From: Candidatus Nanoarchaeia archaeon
GTDB lineage: Archaea; Nanobdellota; Nanobdellia; SCGC-AAA011-G17; JAFCDX01
Assembly (NCBI GenBank): GCA_041651575.1
Contig: JBAZJB010000001.1
Coordinates: forward strand, 266,609 to 330,608
Length of the DNA stretch: 64,000 nucleotides
Reading direction: 5' to 3'
Shown: in pieces, positions 48,291 to 60,480 of the stretch
How positions within the stretch are numbered: position 1 is the stretch's first letter
Layout: every line of letters begins with the position of its first letter
Program-made: the position numbers and the translations under genes
Notes under the pieces: generated by a model
What the model saw: the letters and a program-made list of their open reading frames with translations, nothing else
Told to the model about the DNA's origin: nothing
Databases searched by the model: none

Positions 48291-49436
48291 ATGGAAACTA
48301 TAAAAGGGTTTAGAGATATTATTGGAATTGATGCAATTAAAAGAGAAAGAATTAAAGAGATTCTTATAAAAAACTTTAAACTTTATGGTTTTGAACCTGC
48401 AGAAACACCTATAATTGAAGCAGAAGAGTTTGTTAAAGCAGATAATACAAGTGAAGTTATCTCTGATATTTATAGATTACAAGATAAAGGACAAAGAAAA
48501 TTAGCTTTGAGATATGAATTTACTTTTCAATTAAAAAGACTTGCTCAAAACAAAAAATTACCTTTTAAAAGATATCAACTTGGAGAAGTTTTTAGAGATG
48601 AACCTGTAAGTTCTAATAGATTCAGGCAATTTACTCAATGTGATGTTGATATTGTTGGTTCTAGTATAAAAGATGAAGCAGAAATATTATCTCTGACTAA
48701 AAAAATCTTTGAAGATTTAAAAATTGATTGTGTAATTTATATGAATAATAGAAAATTACTAAATGAAATACTTGATAAAAATAATATTTTTAATAAAATA
48801 GAAGTTATAAAAGAAATTGATAAATTGGATAAATTAGATGAGAAAGAGATAAAAGAAAACTTAAAAAAGTATAAAGCAGAAAAAATACTTGATATATTTA
48901 AAAAACCAGAATCTTATTTTAAAACCTTTGATTCTTATAAAGAAATTGAAGAACTTAAAAAATATTGTGAATATTATAATGTTGAAATTAAGTTTTTACC
49001 TTCTTTAGCTAGAGGTTTAAGTTATTATAACGGAACTATTTTTGAAATAAAAACAAAAGAGATGAAAGAAACTATTTGTGCAGGAGGAAGTTATTTAATT
49101 AATAATATTCAATCTAGTGGAATTTCTTTTGGATTGGATAGAATTGGTTCTATTGCTCAAGTTGATGTTGATGAAAAAAAGGTTTTGATAATTTCTCTAG
49201 AACAAGATAAAAATTCAATAGAACTAGTTAAAAAATTAAGAAAAAACTTTGTTTCTGTAGATATAATGTTCGGAAAAGTTTCTAAAGCTTTGGAATTTGC
49301 AAATTCTTATAATATTCCTTATGTTGTGTTCATTGGAGCTGAAGAAATTAAAAAGAAAAAATATAAATTAAGAGACATGAAAACAGGCAAAGAAACTTAT
49401 TTATCTGAAAAAGATTTAATTAAGAAGTTACTATAA
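48291..49436 (+). CDS. hisS: histidyl-tRNA synthetase (short form)
   Basis: 381 aa; class II motifs KRYQLGEVFRDE, RFRQFTQCDVDIVG; N-terminal GFRD. Confidence 0.7.
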   Translation: METIKGFRDIIGIDAIKRERIKEILIKNFKLYGFEPAETPIIEAEEFVKADNTSEVISDIYRLQDKGQRKLALRYEFTFQLKRLAQNKKLPFKRYQLGEVFRDEPVSSNRFRQFTQCDVDIVGSSIKDEAEILSLTKKIFEDLKIDCVIYMNNRKLLNEILDKNNIFNKIEVIKEIDKLDKLDEKEIKENLKKYKAEKILDIFKKPESYFKTFDSYKEIEELKKYCEYYNVEIKFLPSLARGLSYYNGTIFEIKTKEMKETICAGGSYLINNIQSSGISFGLDRIGSIAQVDVDEKKVLIISLEQDKNSIELVKKLRKNFVSVDIMFGKVSKALEFANSYNIPYVVFIGAEEIKKKKYKLRDMKTGKETYLSEKDLIKKLL

Positions 49437-49446
49437 AATTATTGTT

Positions 49447-49974
49447 TTAAAAATTTCTTTTTTTCTTATAAGCTAAAAGACCATACAAATCCTGCAAAGC
49501 TGAAAAACCAGCCAAGATACCAAGCCCCATACTCCCCAAAAACCCTAAAACCATATAGTCTTTAATCTTTTCATTTCTTTTAAAATTTGGAATAGATTGT
49601 TCTATTGCTAATTTTTCTTTATTTGCAATCTCTAATTTATTAGTTATATCAGAAGAATCTTTTTGAAGTTGTTCAGTATTCAAATAAGGAGTTAAAAATT
49701 TGTAATCTAATCCTTTTTTAACTTCAGAAATTTTCCAAGATTTATATTGTAAATCATCAATTGTATTGACTAAAACTCCATATTGTTGTTTAGTTTGATT
49801 ATCCATTCCATTTAGATGATTATATCTATCAAACATTTTTTTTGAAATATAACTTGAAGATGTTGAAAGAGAAAGTATAGCTAAACTAATTAATAAAGAT
49901 TTTTTAGTCCTTTTTCTAATTAATTCAAGTGTCTGAGATTGTATATCGACTTGGTTTTGTGATTTTTGTACCAT
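49447..49974 (-). CDS. hypothetical protein with C-terminal TM anchor
   Basis: 175 aa. Confidence 0.3.
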   Translation of the reverse strand: MVQKSQNQVDIQSQTLELIRKRTKKSLLISLAILSLSTSSSYISKKMFDRYNHLNGMDNQTKQQYGVLVNTIDDLQYKSWKISEVKKGLDYKFLTPYLNTEQLQKDSSDITNKLEIANKEKLAIEQSIPNFKRNEKIKDYMVLGFLGSMGLGILAGFSALQDLYGLLAYKKKRNF

Positions 49975-49996
49975 ACTTTTTTAGTATAATTTAACA

Positions 49997-50073
49997 TTTA
50001 TAAATCTTTCTATATGTAACTACTTTAGAGTAATATTATAACCTTTAAAACTAACCTTTTTAAACTAATAATT
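49997..50073. repeat. ~77-bp intergenic repeat copy 1 (divergent promoter region)
   Basis: About 93% identical to 51047..51122: tttataaatctttctat(a/t)tgtaactactttagagtaatattataacc...tttttaaactaataat. Confidence 0.7.
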
Positions 50074-50085
50074 CTTTAGAAATAT

Positions 50086-50739
50086 ATGGTTTGGGATTTA
50101 AAAAGAGAGCTTGGAAGAAAAGCAATTCACTTACTATCTTTATCTTTCTTAATAATTTATATTTTAGTTTCTTCCACATTTAATCATAAAATCGCTTTAT
50201 TGATTCTTTCATTTATATTAATTATTTTAATAGAATTAGAATATCTTAGAATTGAAATAGGAGCAAAAATACCTATTCTTCATGAATTATGGCAAAAATT
50301 TCGTAGAAAAAAAGAAAAACATTCTTTAGGTGGAGAAGTATTTTTCTTGATAGGTTCTATAATCTGTCTAGCTGTATTTGATTTAAGAATTGCAGCTGCT
50401 GCTATTTTAATGACTACTTTTGGAGATATGGCTGCTGCTTTAATAGGAAAAAGATTTGGAAGAACCTGGATAACAAAGAAACTTGCTCTTGAAGGAATAT
50501 TAGCTGAATTAATTGTTGATTTAATAATTGGTTTTTTAATTGTAAGAACTTCATTATGGTTGTTAGATGGCTCTCCTTTAGGAACTCCAATATGGCCAAT
50601 AATAATTGGTATGGCAATAACTGCTACTTTAGTTGAAAGTCTTGTAAGTAAATTAGATGATAATTTGTTAATACCTTTATTTTCTGGTTTTGCTGGACAG
50701 ATTATTTTAATGGTAATAACTTTTTTAGGATGGATTTAA
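50086..50739 (+). CDS. integral membrane protein, CTP-transferase/polyprenol kinase superfamily-like (CarS/dolichol kinase-like)
   Basis: 217 aa; 6+ TM helices; family assignment tentative. Confidence 0.3.
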   Translation: MVWDLKRELGRKAIHLLSLSFLIIYILVSSTFNHKIALLILSFILIILIELEYLRIEIGAKIPILHELWQKFRRKKEKHSLGGEVFFLIGSIICLAVFDLRIAAAAILMTTFGDMAAALIGKRFGRTWITKKLALEGILAELIVDLIIGFLIVRTSLWLLDGSPLGTPIWPIIIGMAITATLVESLVSKLDDNLLIPLFSGFAGQIILMVITFLGWI

Positions 50740-50775
50740 AAAGGAAAAGATTTAATTAAGAAGTTACTATGATTT

Positions 50776-51015
50776 TTATTCTTTTTTTACTTTTACAATA
50801 TTTTCTAATTTTTTAAAGTCAAATAATCTTTTTGCTTGTTCTACTGGTAAAATTAACATATCTGAAGGTAATTTTGGAAGATCTTCTTTATGCCTTGTTG
50901 TATAAATCCCCCAAACGTAAGGTGGTTGTGCTTCTGTTTGTATTGCAACAAATTTCACGCCCAGACTATTTGGGTCTAAAGCATCATACATAACTGGCGT
51001 TTTTGAATAATCCAT
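50776..51015 (-). CDS. hypothetical protein
   Basis: 79 aa. Confidence 0.25.
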   Translation of the reverse strand: MDYSKTPVMYDALDPNSLGVKFVAIQTEAQPPYVWGIYTTRHKEDLPKLPSDMLILPVEQAKRLFDFKKLENIVKVKKE

Positions 51016-51046
51016 TTTAATCTCCTTACAAACGAAAATTATCTAA

Positions 51047-51122
51047 TTTATAAATCTTTCTATTTGTAACTACTTTAGAGTAATATTATAACCCTTAAAA
51101 TAAGCTTTTTAAACTAATAATC
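51047..51122. repeat. ~77-bp intergenic repeat copy 2
   Basis: See copy 1. Confidence 0.7.
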
Positions 51123-51134
51123 CCCTATAAACAA

Positions 51135-52052
51135 ATGAAAAAACTAGTTATAATTTTAATATTAGCAATCTTTCTAATGAGTAGTTGTTCAAAAGAAAAC
51201 ATTGAAGTTTCTAGATATTCAAAAATACCAACAACGTCAGTTAAAATAACTACAGATACAGATGCTTCTCCTGTAAAATCACTTTCAGAAGATTATCAAG
51301 ATTCTATACCTCTTCCTGGAAAAGTAAATAGTGCAGGAGCAGAAGATTCTGCATTTATTATGCCAGATGGAAATACTTTATATTTCTTTTTTACTCCAGA
51401 TGTTAAAGTTCCTATAGAAAAACAAATCTTAGATGGAGTTACTGGAATTTGGGTTTCTAAAAAAATAAATAATGAATTTCAAGAACCAACAAGAGTATTT
51501 TTACAAGATTCAGGAAAAGTTGCTGGAGATGGTTGTGAATTTGTCCAAGATAATACAATGTTATTTTGTTCTGTAAGAGAAGGTTATACAGGAATAAATT
51601 GGTTTAGTGCAGAATTTAAAGATGGGATCTGGAAGAACTGGAAACTTGTTGATTTTGATTCTAATTATAAAGTTGGAGAATTACATATAATAAAAGACGA
51701 ATTATATTTTCATTCAGACAGGTCTAGTGGAAAAGGGGGTTTAGATATTTGGATGTCTAAAAAAGCAAATGATAAATGGACTGAACCTGTAAATGTTGAA
51801 GAAGTAAATACTGCAGGAGATGAAGGATGGCCTTTTATTAACCAAGATGAAACTGAATTATGGATTACCAAAGATTATGGATTGTGGAGATCAAAAAAAG
51901 TAGGTGAAAAATGGACAAAACCAGAATTAATGTTTTCTCCATTAGCAGGAGAAGCTTCTTTAGATAATAATGGAAATGTTTATTTCACACATCATTTTTT
52001 AAATGGAGATAAAATAATAGAAGCAGATATTTATGTTGCTTATAAAAAATAA
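51135..52052 (+). CDS. TolB-like beta-propeller (PD40-repeat) lipoprotein
   Basis: 305 aa; lipobox-like LMSSCS; repeated ...SDRSSGKGGLDIWMS.../...GDEGWPFI... PD40-like units. Confidence 0.45.
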   Translation: MKKLVIILILAIFLMSSCSKENIEVSRYSKIPTTSVKITTDTDASPVKSLSEDYQDSIPLPGKVNSAGAEDSAFIMPDGNTLYFFFTPDVKVPIEKQILDGVTGIWVSKKINNEFQEPTRVFLQDSGKVAGDGCEFVQDNTMLFCSVREGYTGINWFSAEFKDGIWKNWKLVDFDSNYKVGELHIIKDELYFHSDRSSGKGGLDIWMSKKANDKWTEPVNVEEVNTAGDEGWPFINQDETELWITKDYGLWRSKKVGEKWTKPELMFSPLAGEASLDNNGNVYFTHHFLNGDKIIEADIYVAYKK

Positions 52053-52066
52053 TTAATTAAGAAATT

Positions 52067-52618
52067 TTATTCTTTTTTTGCAGATTCAATAAATTCTTTA
52101 ATTTCTTTTCTCTTTTTAGCAGTAAAATTTCTTAAATCAGGTCTAGGTTTAATATTTTTTATTTTCTTCAAGGATCCATCCTCTTTATAAAAGATATCTG
52201 CTTCAATCCATGCGCCGTCTGTATATTGTGAAAGTTCTTTTTTATGTACTTCTGGAATTGAAAATATTAAGCCTGTAATTCCTTTTAAGTAAGGTTTTCC
52301 ATTTTTAGTTCTTTTTTGGAATGGTAATGAATGAGGAGTATTTTCGTTTTCTCTTCTACAAATTGCATTATAATCTACATATTCTACAATTGTCATCCAT
52401 AATTTCATGGCAGTATCATCTAAAGTTCCACGAGCTGCCTTACTACGAAAATCGTTATATTGGGATATAAGCTCTGTTTTTATTTGTTTAATAGAATATT
52501 CTTTAGGAAAAGTTGCATCAAATACAGGAACATAATAATTATCTGTATTTTTTATTGCAGTTATTGGTTTCTTTTGAAGTAAAAAATCTTTTTCATCTAA
52601 AGATATTGTCTCTTTCAT
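52067..52618 (-). CDS. hypothetical protein
   Basis: 183 aa. Confidence 0.3.
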   Translation of the reverse strand: MKETISLDEKDFLLQKKPITAIKNTDNYYVPVFDATFPKEYSIKQIKTELISQYNDFRSKAARGTLDDTAMKLWMTIVEYVDYNAICRRENENTPHSLPFQKRTKNGKPYLKGITGLIFSIPEVHKKELSQYTDGAWIEADIFYKEDGSLKKIKNIKPRPDLRNFTAKKRKEIKEFIESAKKE

Positions 52619-52673
52619 GTAGTTGTTAATTTATTATTATTTATAAACTTTTCTATTTGTAACCACTTAAAAG

Positions 52674-53390
52674 TTATAATCTAATAATTTCTATCTCACC
52701 AAAATGCTCTTTTTGATCTATGTCTATTTTTTTACTATTAACTAAATGCAATAAAGGTAAAAATGTCATAATTTTATCCTCTTTTTTATCGCTTGGAATT
52801 AATTCATTAAAAGTTAGTTTTTCTTTTTCTTTGAAAAAACCAGTAATTTTATCATAAAGATTTTTTATTAATATACTAATATCGACTTTTTTCTCAGGCA
52901 GTTTAACTTGTTTTAAATATCCTTCTTCTCTTACTCTTTTCATTGTTCTTCTTTGGTCTACTTCAAGAGCTTTTTGCAGTGCTCCCATTAAATCATTTAA
53001 ATTAACTTTTTTCTTTCTTGCCAAAGGGGTTTTTATTGTTAATTGTGGATTTCCTGCTAATAATCTTACATTTTCAGGCATTTCTCCAAATTCTTCCATA
53101 TTTTCAATTTCACCTTGAGAAAATAACTGCTGGTCAAATGCTGCAAGCTTTTCAGTTAGTAATCTTTCTGATTTTATTTTTAGTAATATTGCTGCAGCTA
53201 AAACAACTTTTCCTGATATGAAAAAATTAGCTTCTTGCAATGTTCTAATTGCATCTAAATATCTCTGAGCTAAAATAGAAATATCAATATTCCAAGGATC
53301 TAGCTTTCCTGTTCTTATCAATTCATGTAAAAGGCTCTGCCAGGTAATCTCATCCTTTTGCATAAGCATAGAATATAACTGGTCTTGCAT
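52674..53390 (-). CDS. scpA: segregation and condensation protein A (kleisin)
   Basis: 238 aa; LDPWNIDISILAQRYLDAI...KVVLAAAILLKIKSERLL typical ScpA N-terminus. Confidence 0.6.
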   Translation of the reverse strand: MQDQLYSMLMQKDEITWQSLLHELIRTGKLDPWNIDISILAQRYLDAIRTLQEANFFISGKVVLAAAILLKIKSERLLTEKLAAFDQQLFSQGEIENMEEFGEMPENVRLLAGNPQLTIKTPLARKKKVNLNDLMGALQKALEVDQRRTMKRVREEGYLKQVKLPEKKVDISILIKNLYDKITGFFKEKEKLTFNELIPSDKKEDKIMTFLPLLHLVNSKKIDIDQKEHFGEIEIIRL

Positions 53391-53578
53391 GAATTAACTA
53401 ATTAGAACTTTTTTATAAACCTATTGTTAAGGCTTTAAACACCAGAATATGACTAGCAGTATATGTACCTTTTTAGTAACCACTGTAGAATGAACACATA
53501 CCGAAAGATTTATAAATTAGTTAATATCATTAAATCTAATCACCTCTTTTTCCCGAGCAAGTCTCTTCGGAGGTTTGC

Positions 53579-53893
53579 TTGGGTTTATATTCAAAAAAAA
53601 TGGTACAACCAATAAACTTCAACAAAGATGATTTTGAAAAGAGAATAGCTAGTTATCTTACATTTGGTTCTGAACTTAAATTTATTAGTAAAATAGATGG
53701 AAAAGAGATAGAAGATCTAGGATTTCTTATAAGTGCTAGTGAAAATTATGTTTTAATTGCACAATCAAAAATAGGAGAAAATGAATTCTCAGCAATTACT
53801 TCAATTTATTTAAAAAATGTAACACAATATTATATTTATAATATTCCTGAAAAAAGACAAGATAAAGATCATAATTTATTTATGGATGTTTAA
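53579..53893 (+). CDS. hypothetical protein (real start probably ATG at 53600)
   Basis: 104 aa. Confidence 0.3.
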   Translation: MGLYSKKMVQPINFNKDDFEKRIASYLTFGSELKFISKIDGKEIEDLGFLISASENYVLIAQSKIGENEFSAITSIYLKNVTQYYIYNIPEKRQDKDHNLFMDV

Positions 53894-54073
53894 TTATTTC
53901 TTAATTATTTCAACATAACCACAAGAACCACAGTGTAATCTATCTTTATGAGTTCCTAAGAATGAATTGCATTTAGGACAAGTTTTACCACGAGAAACTA
54001 TTTTATTGTTTTCAATTTTATACTTTTTCCATTTCTGACTTGGTTTTTTATTTTTTACTTTTTTCTTTGCCAT
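53894..54073 (-). CDS. rps27ae: 30S ribosomal protein S27ae (eS31), unannotated short ORF
   Basis: 59 aa from reverse-complement reading: MAKKKVKNKK...GKTCPKCNSFLGTHKDRLHCGSCGYVEIIKK; C4 zinc ribbon; follows S24e as in archaea. Confidence 0.7.
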   Translation of the reverse strand: MAKKKVKNKKPSQKWKKYKIENNKIVSRGKTCPKCNSFLGTHKDRLHCGSCGYVEIIKK

Positions 54074-54079
54074 TTTTAT

Positions 54080-54361
54080 TTATGCAGCAGGAGCTCCTTC
54101 AACTTTTTTCTCTTTTTTCTTTTCAAATAAATCATAAGTTTTTTGATCTTTGTAAATAAAAGCAACTATTCTTGATTTTGCTAATCCATAATTTGTATAA
54201 ATATGTTTAACAGAAACTAATTCTGCAGGTGCTTTTTCTAATTCAGATATTTTATTAATTAATTCTTGATTCGAAGGAGTTTTAGCATTAATATGTTCTA
54301 TCTCAAATTCAAATTTTGTTCTTTTTAATAAAGGCATTTCTTCCTTGTATATAGCTTTCAT
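54080..54361 (-). CDS. rps24e: 30S ribosomal protein S24e
   Basis: 93 aa; KTPSNQELINKISEL...IYTNYGLAKSRIVAFIY pattern. Confidence 0.75.
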   Translation of the reverse strand: MKAIYKEEMPLLKRTKFEFEIEHINAKTPSNQELINKISELEKAPAELVSVKHIYTNYGLAKSRIVAFIYKDQKTYDLFEKKKEKKVEGAPAA

Positions 54362-54362
54362 T

Positions 54363-54545
54363 TTAAGAAGTTTTTATTGCATATTCTCCTTTAACTTTTA
54401 TCCCTACTTTTTGAGCTATTTCAGATTTTTCTACGTTGTGAATATAAATTCTTCCTTTCCATGAAGTTGTAAAACTAGTTCCTTTGCAAATAGGACATTC
54501 ATTTCCTTTTACTAAAATTTTACATTTCTTACATGCCTTTTTCAT
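54363..54545 (-). CDS. spt4: transcription elongation factor Spt4 / RNAP subunit E''
   Basis: 60 aa; CKKC...CPIC zinc ribbon followed by SWKG.IYI..VEKSEIAQK. Confidence 0.7.
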   Translation of the reverse strand: MKKACKKCKILVKGNECPICKGTSFTTSWKGRIYIHNVEKSEIAQKVGIKVKGEYAIKTS

Positions 54546-55120
54546 TTTTCTTTCTTAGCTTTTTCTGGTTTTTCTTTTGCTACTTTTTTTAAATCTTCTT
54601 CAATCCAAGCAATTGATCCTAAGTTTGGCTGTCTCATTGTCAATCCAATTTTTGGACTTGTTAAATCTTTATATGATACTGCAATTATTCTTGCTCTGCA
54701 TTTATCACCTGTTTTTAACATGTGTTTTGATTCTTTACCTTGTAATTCTCCTTGTTTTGTAAATGAAACATAATCGTCCATTGTTTGTGAAATATGAATC
54801 ATACCATCAATTGGACCGATGTTCATGAATGCACCAAAACCTGCAATTTCTGAAATCTTACCAATAACAATTTCTTGCATTTCTGGTTTTAATACTATGA
54901 TTTTAAATCTTGTTTCGTAATAAGCTGCACCATCTCCAGGTATAATAACTCCTTCTCCAACATCTAAAACTTCTGAAACATCAACTACAATACCTAAATC
55001 TTGTGAAATAAATTGCTCAAAAGTGCTTTTTAAATTCTTTAAAATAGATTCTTTAATATTTTCCTCTAATTCTCTTGGAGGTATTCTGATATGACTTTTA
55101 ACTTCTATTTCGTAAAACAT
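54542..55120 (-). CDS. rpoE: DNA-directed RNA polymerase subunit E' (Rpb7-like, S1 domain)
   Basis: 192 aa; MFYEIEVKSHIRIPPRELEE N-terminus plus S1 fold; operon with spt4-S24e-S27ae. Confidence 0.8.
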   Translation of the reverse strand: MFYEIEVKSHIRIPPRELEENIKESILKNLKSTFEQFISQDLGIVVDVSEVLDVGEGVIIPGDGAAYYETRFKIIVLKPEMQEIVIGKISEIAGFGAFMNIGPIDGMIHISQTMDDYVSFTKQGELQGKESKHMLKTGDKCRARIIAVSYKDLTSPKIGLTMRQPNLGSIAWIEEDLKKVAKEKPEKAKKEK

Positions 55121-55168
55121 CTTAATTTCTAAGTATAAAAAGGGTTTTTAAATCTTTTTGTTTATTGA

Positions 55169-55519
55169 TTATACCAGAATTAAGAAATGTTTTTGTCTTA
55201 TTGTAATAGTTTGAATATTTTTTTCTTTTAATCTTCTTTTTAATGCTTGATCTTCTGTAGCAACAACATAATTTTCATCAACTGTATCTAAAATTAAATT
55301 ATCAACGATATTATCTTTTTTTGTTTTTATTATTTCAAATTTCTCGACGAGCTTTAGTGCTAATTTAGAATTTTTCTTGTCTTTTAATTCATCCAGAGTT
55401 TGATCTATTACAGCTAGTTTATAATTAAAATTACAAATTCTTTCAAATTCTGAAATAAAATCTATCTTGAATTTAATGCAGTCAAGCAAAAAACTTGTGT
55501 CTAATATTATGGTTTTCAT
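55169..55519 (-). CDS. PIN-domain protein
   Basis: 116 aa; N-terminal ILDTSFLL...D acidic residues; conserved position upstream of rpoE in archaea. Confidence 0.5.
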   Translation of the reverse strand: MKTIILDTSFLLDCIKFKIDFISEFERICNFNYKLAVIDQTLDELKDKKNSKLALKLVEKFEIIKTKKDNIVDNLILDTVDENYVVATEDQALKRRLKEKNIQTITIRQKHFLILV

Positions 55520-55621
55520 GTAAAATGTCTTTTTTTGTAATATATAAAATTTGTTAAAAAAATTATGAAAAGGAGACTAATTTGAACTCCTTTTAGTGAA
55601 ATGAGGCAATAATCTTTATAA

Positions 55622-57586
<1,965 letters not shown>

Positions 57587-57587
57587 A

Positions 57588-58052
57588 ATGAAACTGATAA
57601 TTAAAAAATCAAAAATAGAAGGAAAAGGAATTTTTGCTCATAAATCTATAAAAAAATATGAAAAAGTATTCAAATTTGCTGATAGGGTAATAAAAATAAA
57701 TCATAAACATGGATGCCATTGTAAAATATGTAAAAGATGTATACAAATTGATAAATTTAATTGGTTGTATCCAAATCAAGAATCTTATGGATGGTATCTA
57801 AATCATAATTGCAATCCCTCTTGTGGAATAAAAGGAAAATATATAGTTGCTTTAAAAAATATAAGACCTAAAGAAGAAATTAGTATAGATTATTCTACAA
57901 CAAATAATGACGAAGTATGGGAAATGAAATGTTATTGCAATAACAGTAAATGTAGAAATAAAATAAAAAGTATTCAATTTTTACCAAAAAATTTATACAA
58001 AAAGTATAAAGGATTTATTCCAAAATATGTAGAAAAAAGTTATAAGATATAA
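57588..58052 (+). CDS. SET-domain protein (putative lysine methyltransferase) inserted between gyrB and gyrA
   Basis: 154 aa; [15 protein letters not shown] (NHSCxPN), EISIDY, post-[11 protein letters not shown]. Confidence 0.65.
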   Translation: MKLIIKKSKIEGKGIFAHKSIKKYEKVFKFADRVIKINHKHGCHCKICKRCIQIDKFNWLYPNQESYGWYLNHNCNPSCGIKGKYIVALKNIRPKEEISIDYSTTNNDEVWEMKCYCNNSKCRNKIKSIQFLPKNLYKKYKGFIPKYVEKSYKI

Positions 58053-58053
58053 A

Positions 58054-60480
58054 ATGACAGAAGAAATTAAAAATAGATTAATTGAAACAGAAATGAAGGA
58101 AGCTTATCTAGATTATTCTATGTCGGTTATTGTTTCAAGAGCTCTGCCAGATATAAGAGATGGATTAAAACCAGTTCACAGAAGAATTTTATATTCAATG
58201 CATGATATGGGATTAGCTTTTAGCAAGCCTTTTGTAAAATCTGCAAGAGTAGTTGGTGAATGTTTCAAATATCATCCACATGGAGACGCTGCTATTTATG
58301 ATTCTTTAGTTAGAATGGCTCAAACTTTTTCATTAAGATATCCTTTAGTATTTGGACATGGAAATTTTGGTTCTATAGATTATCCTGATGCAGCTCAAAT
58401 GAGGTATACCGAATGTAAATTAAATAAAATTTCAGAAGAATTACTTGAAGATTTAGATAAAAACACAGTTGATTTCATAGATAATTTTGATGGATCATTA
58501 AAAGAACCTTTAGTTTTACCTGCTAAATTACCAAATTTATTAATTAATGGTTCATCTGGAATTGCAGTTGGTATGGCAACAAATATTCCTCCGCATAATT
58601 TAAAAGAAGTTTGTGAAGCAACAATTGCTTTAATTGATAAACCAGAATTAGAAATTTCAGAATTAAATAATTACATTAAAGGTCCTGATTTTCCAACAAA
58701 AGGTTTGATTTATGGAGCAAATGGAATAAAAGAAGCTTACAAAACAGGACGTGGAAAATTAGTTATTAGGGCAAGAACAGATATTGAAGGTAAAAAAATA
58801 ATTATTTCTGAAATACCTTATCAAGTTAACAAAGCAACATTGTTAGAAGACATTGCAAACTTAGTAAATGAAAAAAAGGTTCTTGGTATTACTGAAATAA
58901 GAGATGAATCTGATAAAGAAGGAATAAGAATTGTTATTGAAACCAGTTCAAGTTCAAATCCAGAATTTATTTTGAATCAATTATACAAACATACTTCCTT
59001 ACAATCAAGTTTTGGTATAATTTTACTAGCTTTAGTTAATAATGAACCTAAAATATTAAATTTAAAACAAATAATTGAAGAATATATTAAACATAGAAAG
59101 AATGTAGTAACAAGAAGAACACAATTTGAGTTAGATAAAGCAGAAAAACGGGCACATATATTACAAGGGCTGCAAATTGCTATTGAAAACATAGATAATG
59201 TTATTCCTATAATTAAAAAATCAAAATCGGTAGAAGAGGCAAAACAAAATTTAATTGTAACTTATACTTTAAGCTCTGAACAAGCAATTGCTATTTTAGA
59301 TATGAAATTACAAAGGTTAACTTCTTTAGAAAAAGAAAAAATCATTGAAGAATTTAATTATTTGGTAAAGTTAATAGTAGAATTAAAAGAAATCTTAGCT
59401 TCTGAAATTAGAATTTTAAAAATAATAAAAGATGAATTAATTTCTATTAAAGATAAATACGGCGATGAAAGAAAAACAATCATATTAACAGATACAAAAG
59501 AAATTGAAACAGAAGATTTAATCAAAGAACAAGATTTAGTTATTACAATGACAAATTCTGGATATATTAAATCAACTACTTTAGATTTATACAAACAACA
59601 AAGACGTGGAGGTAAAGGAATTATTGCTTCTACTACAAAAGAAGAAGACTTTGTTACAGAATTAGTAATTGCAAACTCTCATGATAATTTATTATTATTT
59701 ACAAATACAGGAAAAATACACTGGTTAAAAGCTTACCAAGTTCCAGAATCAGGAAGATATGCAAAAGGATCTGCTATAATTAATTTATTAAGCTTAGATA
59801 AAGATGAAAGAATTACTTCTTTAGTTTCTGTAGAGAAATTTGAAGAAAATAAATATTTATTTATGGCAACTAAACAAGGAACTGTTAAAAAAACTTCTTT
59901 AGCAGAATATTCTAATCCTAGAAAAGGAGGAATAATTGCAATTAATATAAAAGAAAACGATGAATTAGTCTCTGTAAAAATAACAGATGGAACTAAAAAA
60001 TTAATTTTAGAATCTGATCAAGGAAAAACAGTTAAATTTGATGAAACCGATGTAAATCCAATGGGTAGAAATGCTCAAGGTGTTAGAGGTATTTCATTAA
60101 GAGGTGCTAGCTTAATGGATATGGAAATTTGTGATGGAAATTATTTATTAACAATAACTGAAAATGGTTATGGTAAGAGAACTTCTATAGAAGATTATAG
60201 ATTAGTTTCTAGAGGTGCTTCTGGAGTTTTAGACATAAAAGTAAATGATAGAAATGGTAAAGTTGTTGGTGCTAAAGTTGTAAATGAAAACGATGAAATT
60301 ATGGTTATAACTAAAAATGGTTCTTTAATTAGAATGAATGTCTCTGATATTTCTGAAATTGGTAGAAATACTCAAGGAGTAAGAATAATGAAATTGGATG
60401 AAGGAGATAAGGTAATTAATATTGCTAAAATTATTAAAGAAGAAGAGATTAAAAAAGATTTTACTCTTGGTGGATTTTAG
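58054..60480 (+). CDS. gyrA: DNA gyrase subunit A
   Basis: 808 aa; [13 protein letters not shown], catalytic-Tyr region, C-terminal beta-pinwheel repeats. Confidence 0.9.
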   Translation: MTEEIKNRLIETEMKEAYLDYSMSVIVSRALPDIRDGLKPVHRRILYSMHDMGLAFSKPFVKSARVVGECFKYHPHGDAAIYDSLVRMAQTFSLRYPLVFGHGNFGSIDYPDAAQMRYTECKLNKISEELLEDLDKNTVDFIDNFDGSLKEPLVLPAKLPNLLINGSSGIAVGMATNIPPHNLKEVCEATIALIDKPELEISELNNYIKGPDFPTKGLIYGANGIKEAYKTGRGKLVIRARTDIEGKKIIISEIPYQVNKATLLEDIANLVNEKKVLGITEIRDESDKEGIRIVIETSSSSNPEFILNQLYKHTSLQSSFGIILLALVNNEPKILNLKQIIEEYIKHRKNVVTRRTQFELDKAEKRAHILQGLQIAIENIDNVIPIIKKSKSVEEAKQNLIVTYTLSSEQAIAILDMKLQRLTSLEKEKIIEEFNYLVKLIVELKEILASEIRILKIIKDELISIKDKYGDERKTIILTDTKEIETEDLIKEQDLVITMTNSGYIKSTTLDLYKQQRRGGKGIIASTTKEEDFVTELVIANSHDNLLLFTNTGKIHWLKAYQVPESGRYAKGSAIINLLSLDKDERITSLVSVEKFEENKYLFMATKQGTVKKTSLAEYSNPRKGGIIAINIKENDELVSVKITDGTKKLILESDQGKTVKFDETDVNPMGRNAQGVRGISLRGASLMDMEICDGNYLLTITENGYGKRTSIEDYRLVSRGASGVLDIKVNDRNGKVVGAKVVNENDEIMVITKNGSLIRMNVSDISEIGRNTQGVRIMKLDEGDKVINIAKIIKEEEIKKDFTLGGF

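Noticed and set aside
53551-53585. GC-rich hairpin cccgagcaagtctcttcggaggtttgcttggg between scpA and ORF 53579
   Set aside because: No C/D-box or other ncRNA signature; overlaps the 5' end of the predicted ORF; probably just local structure.
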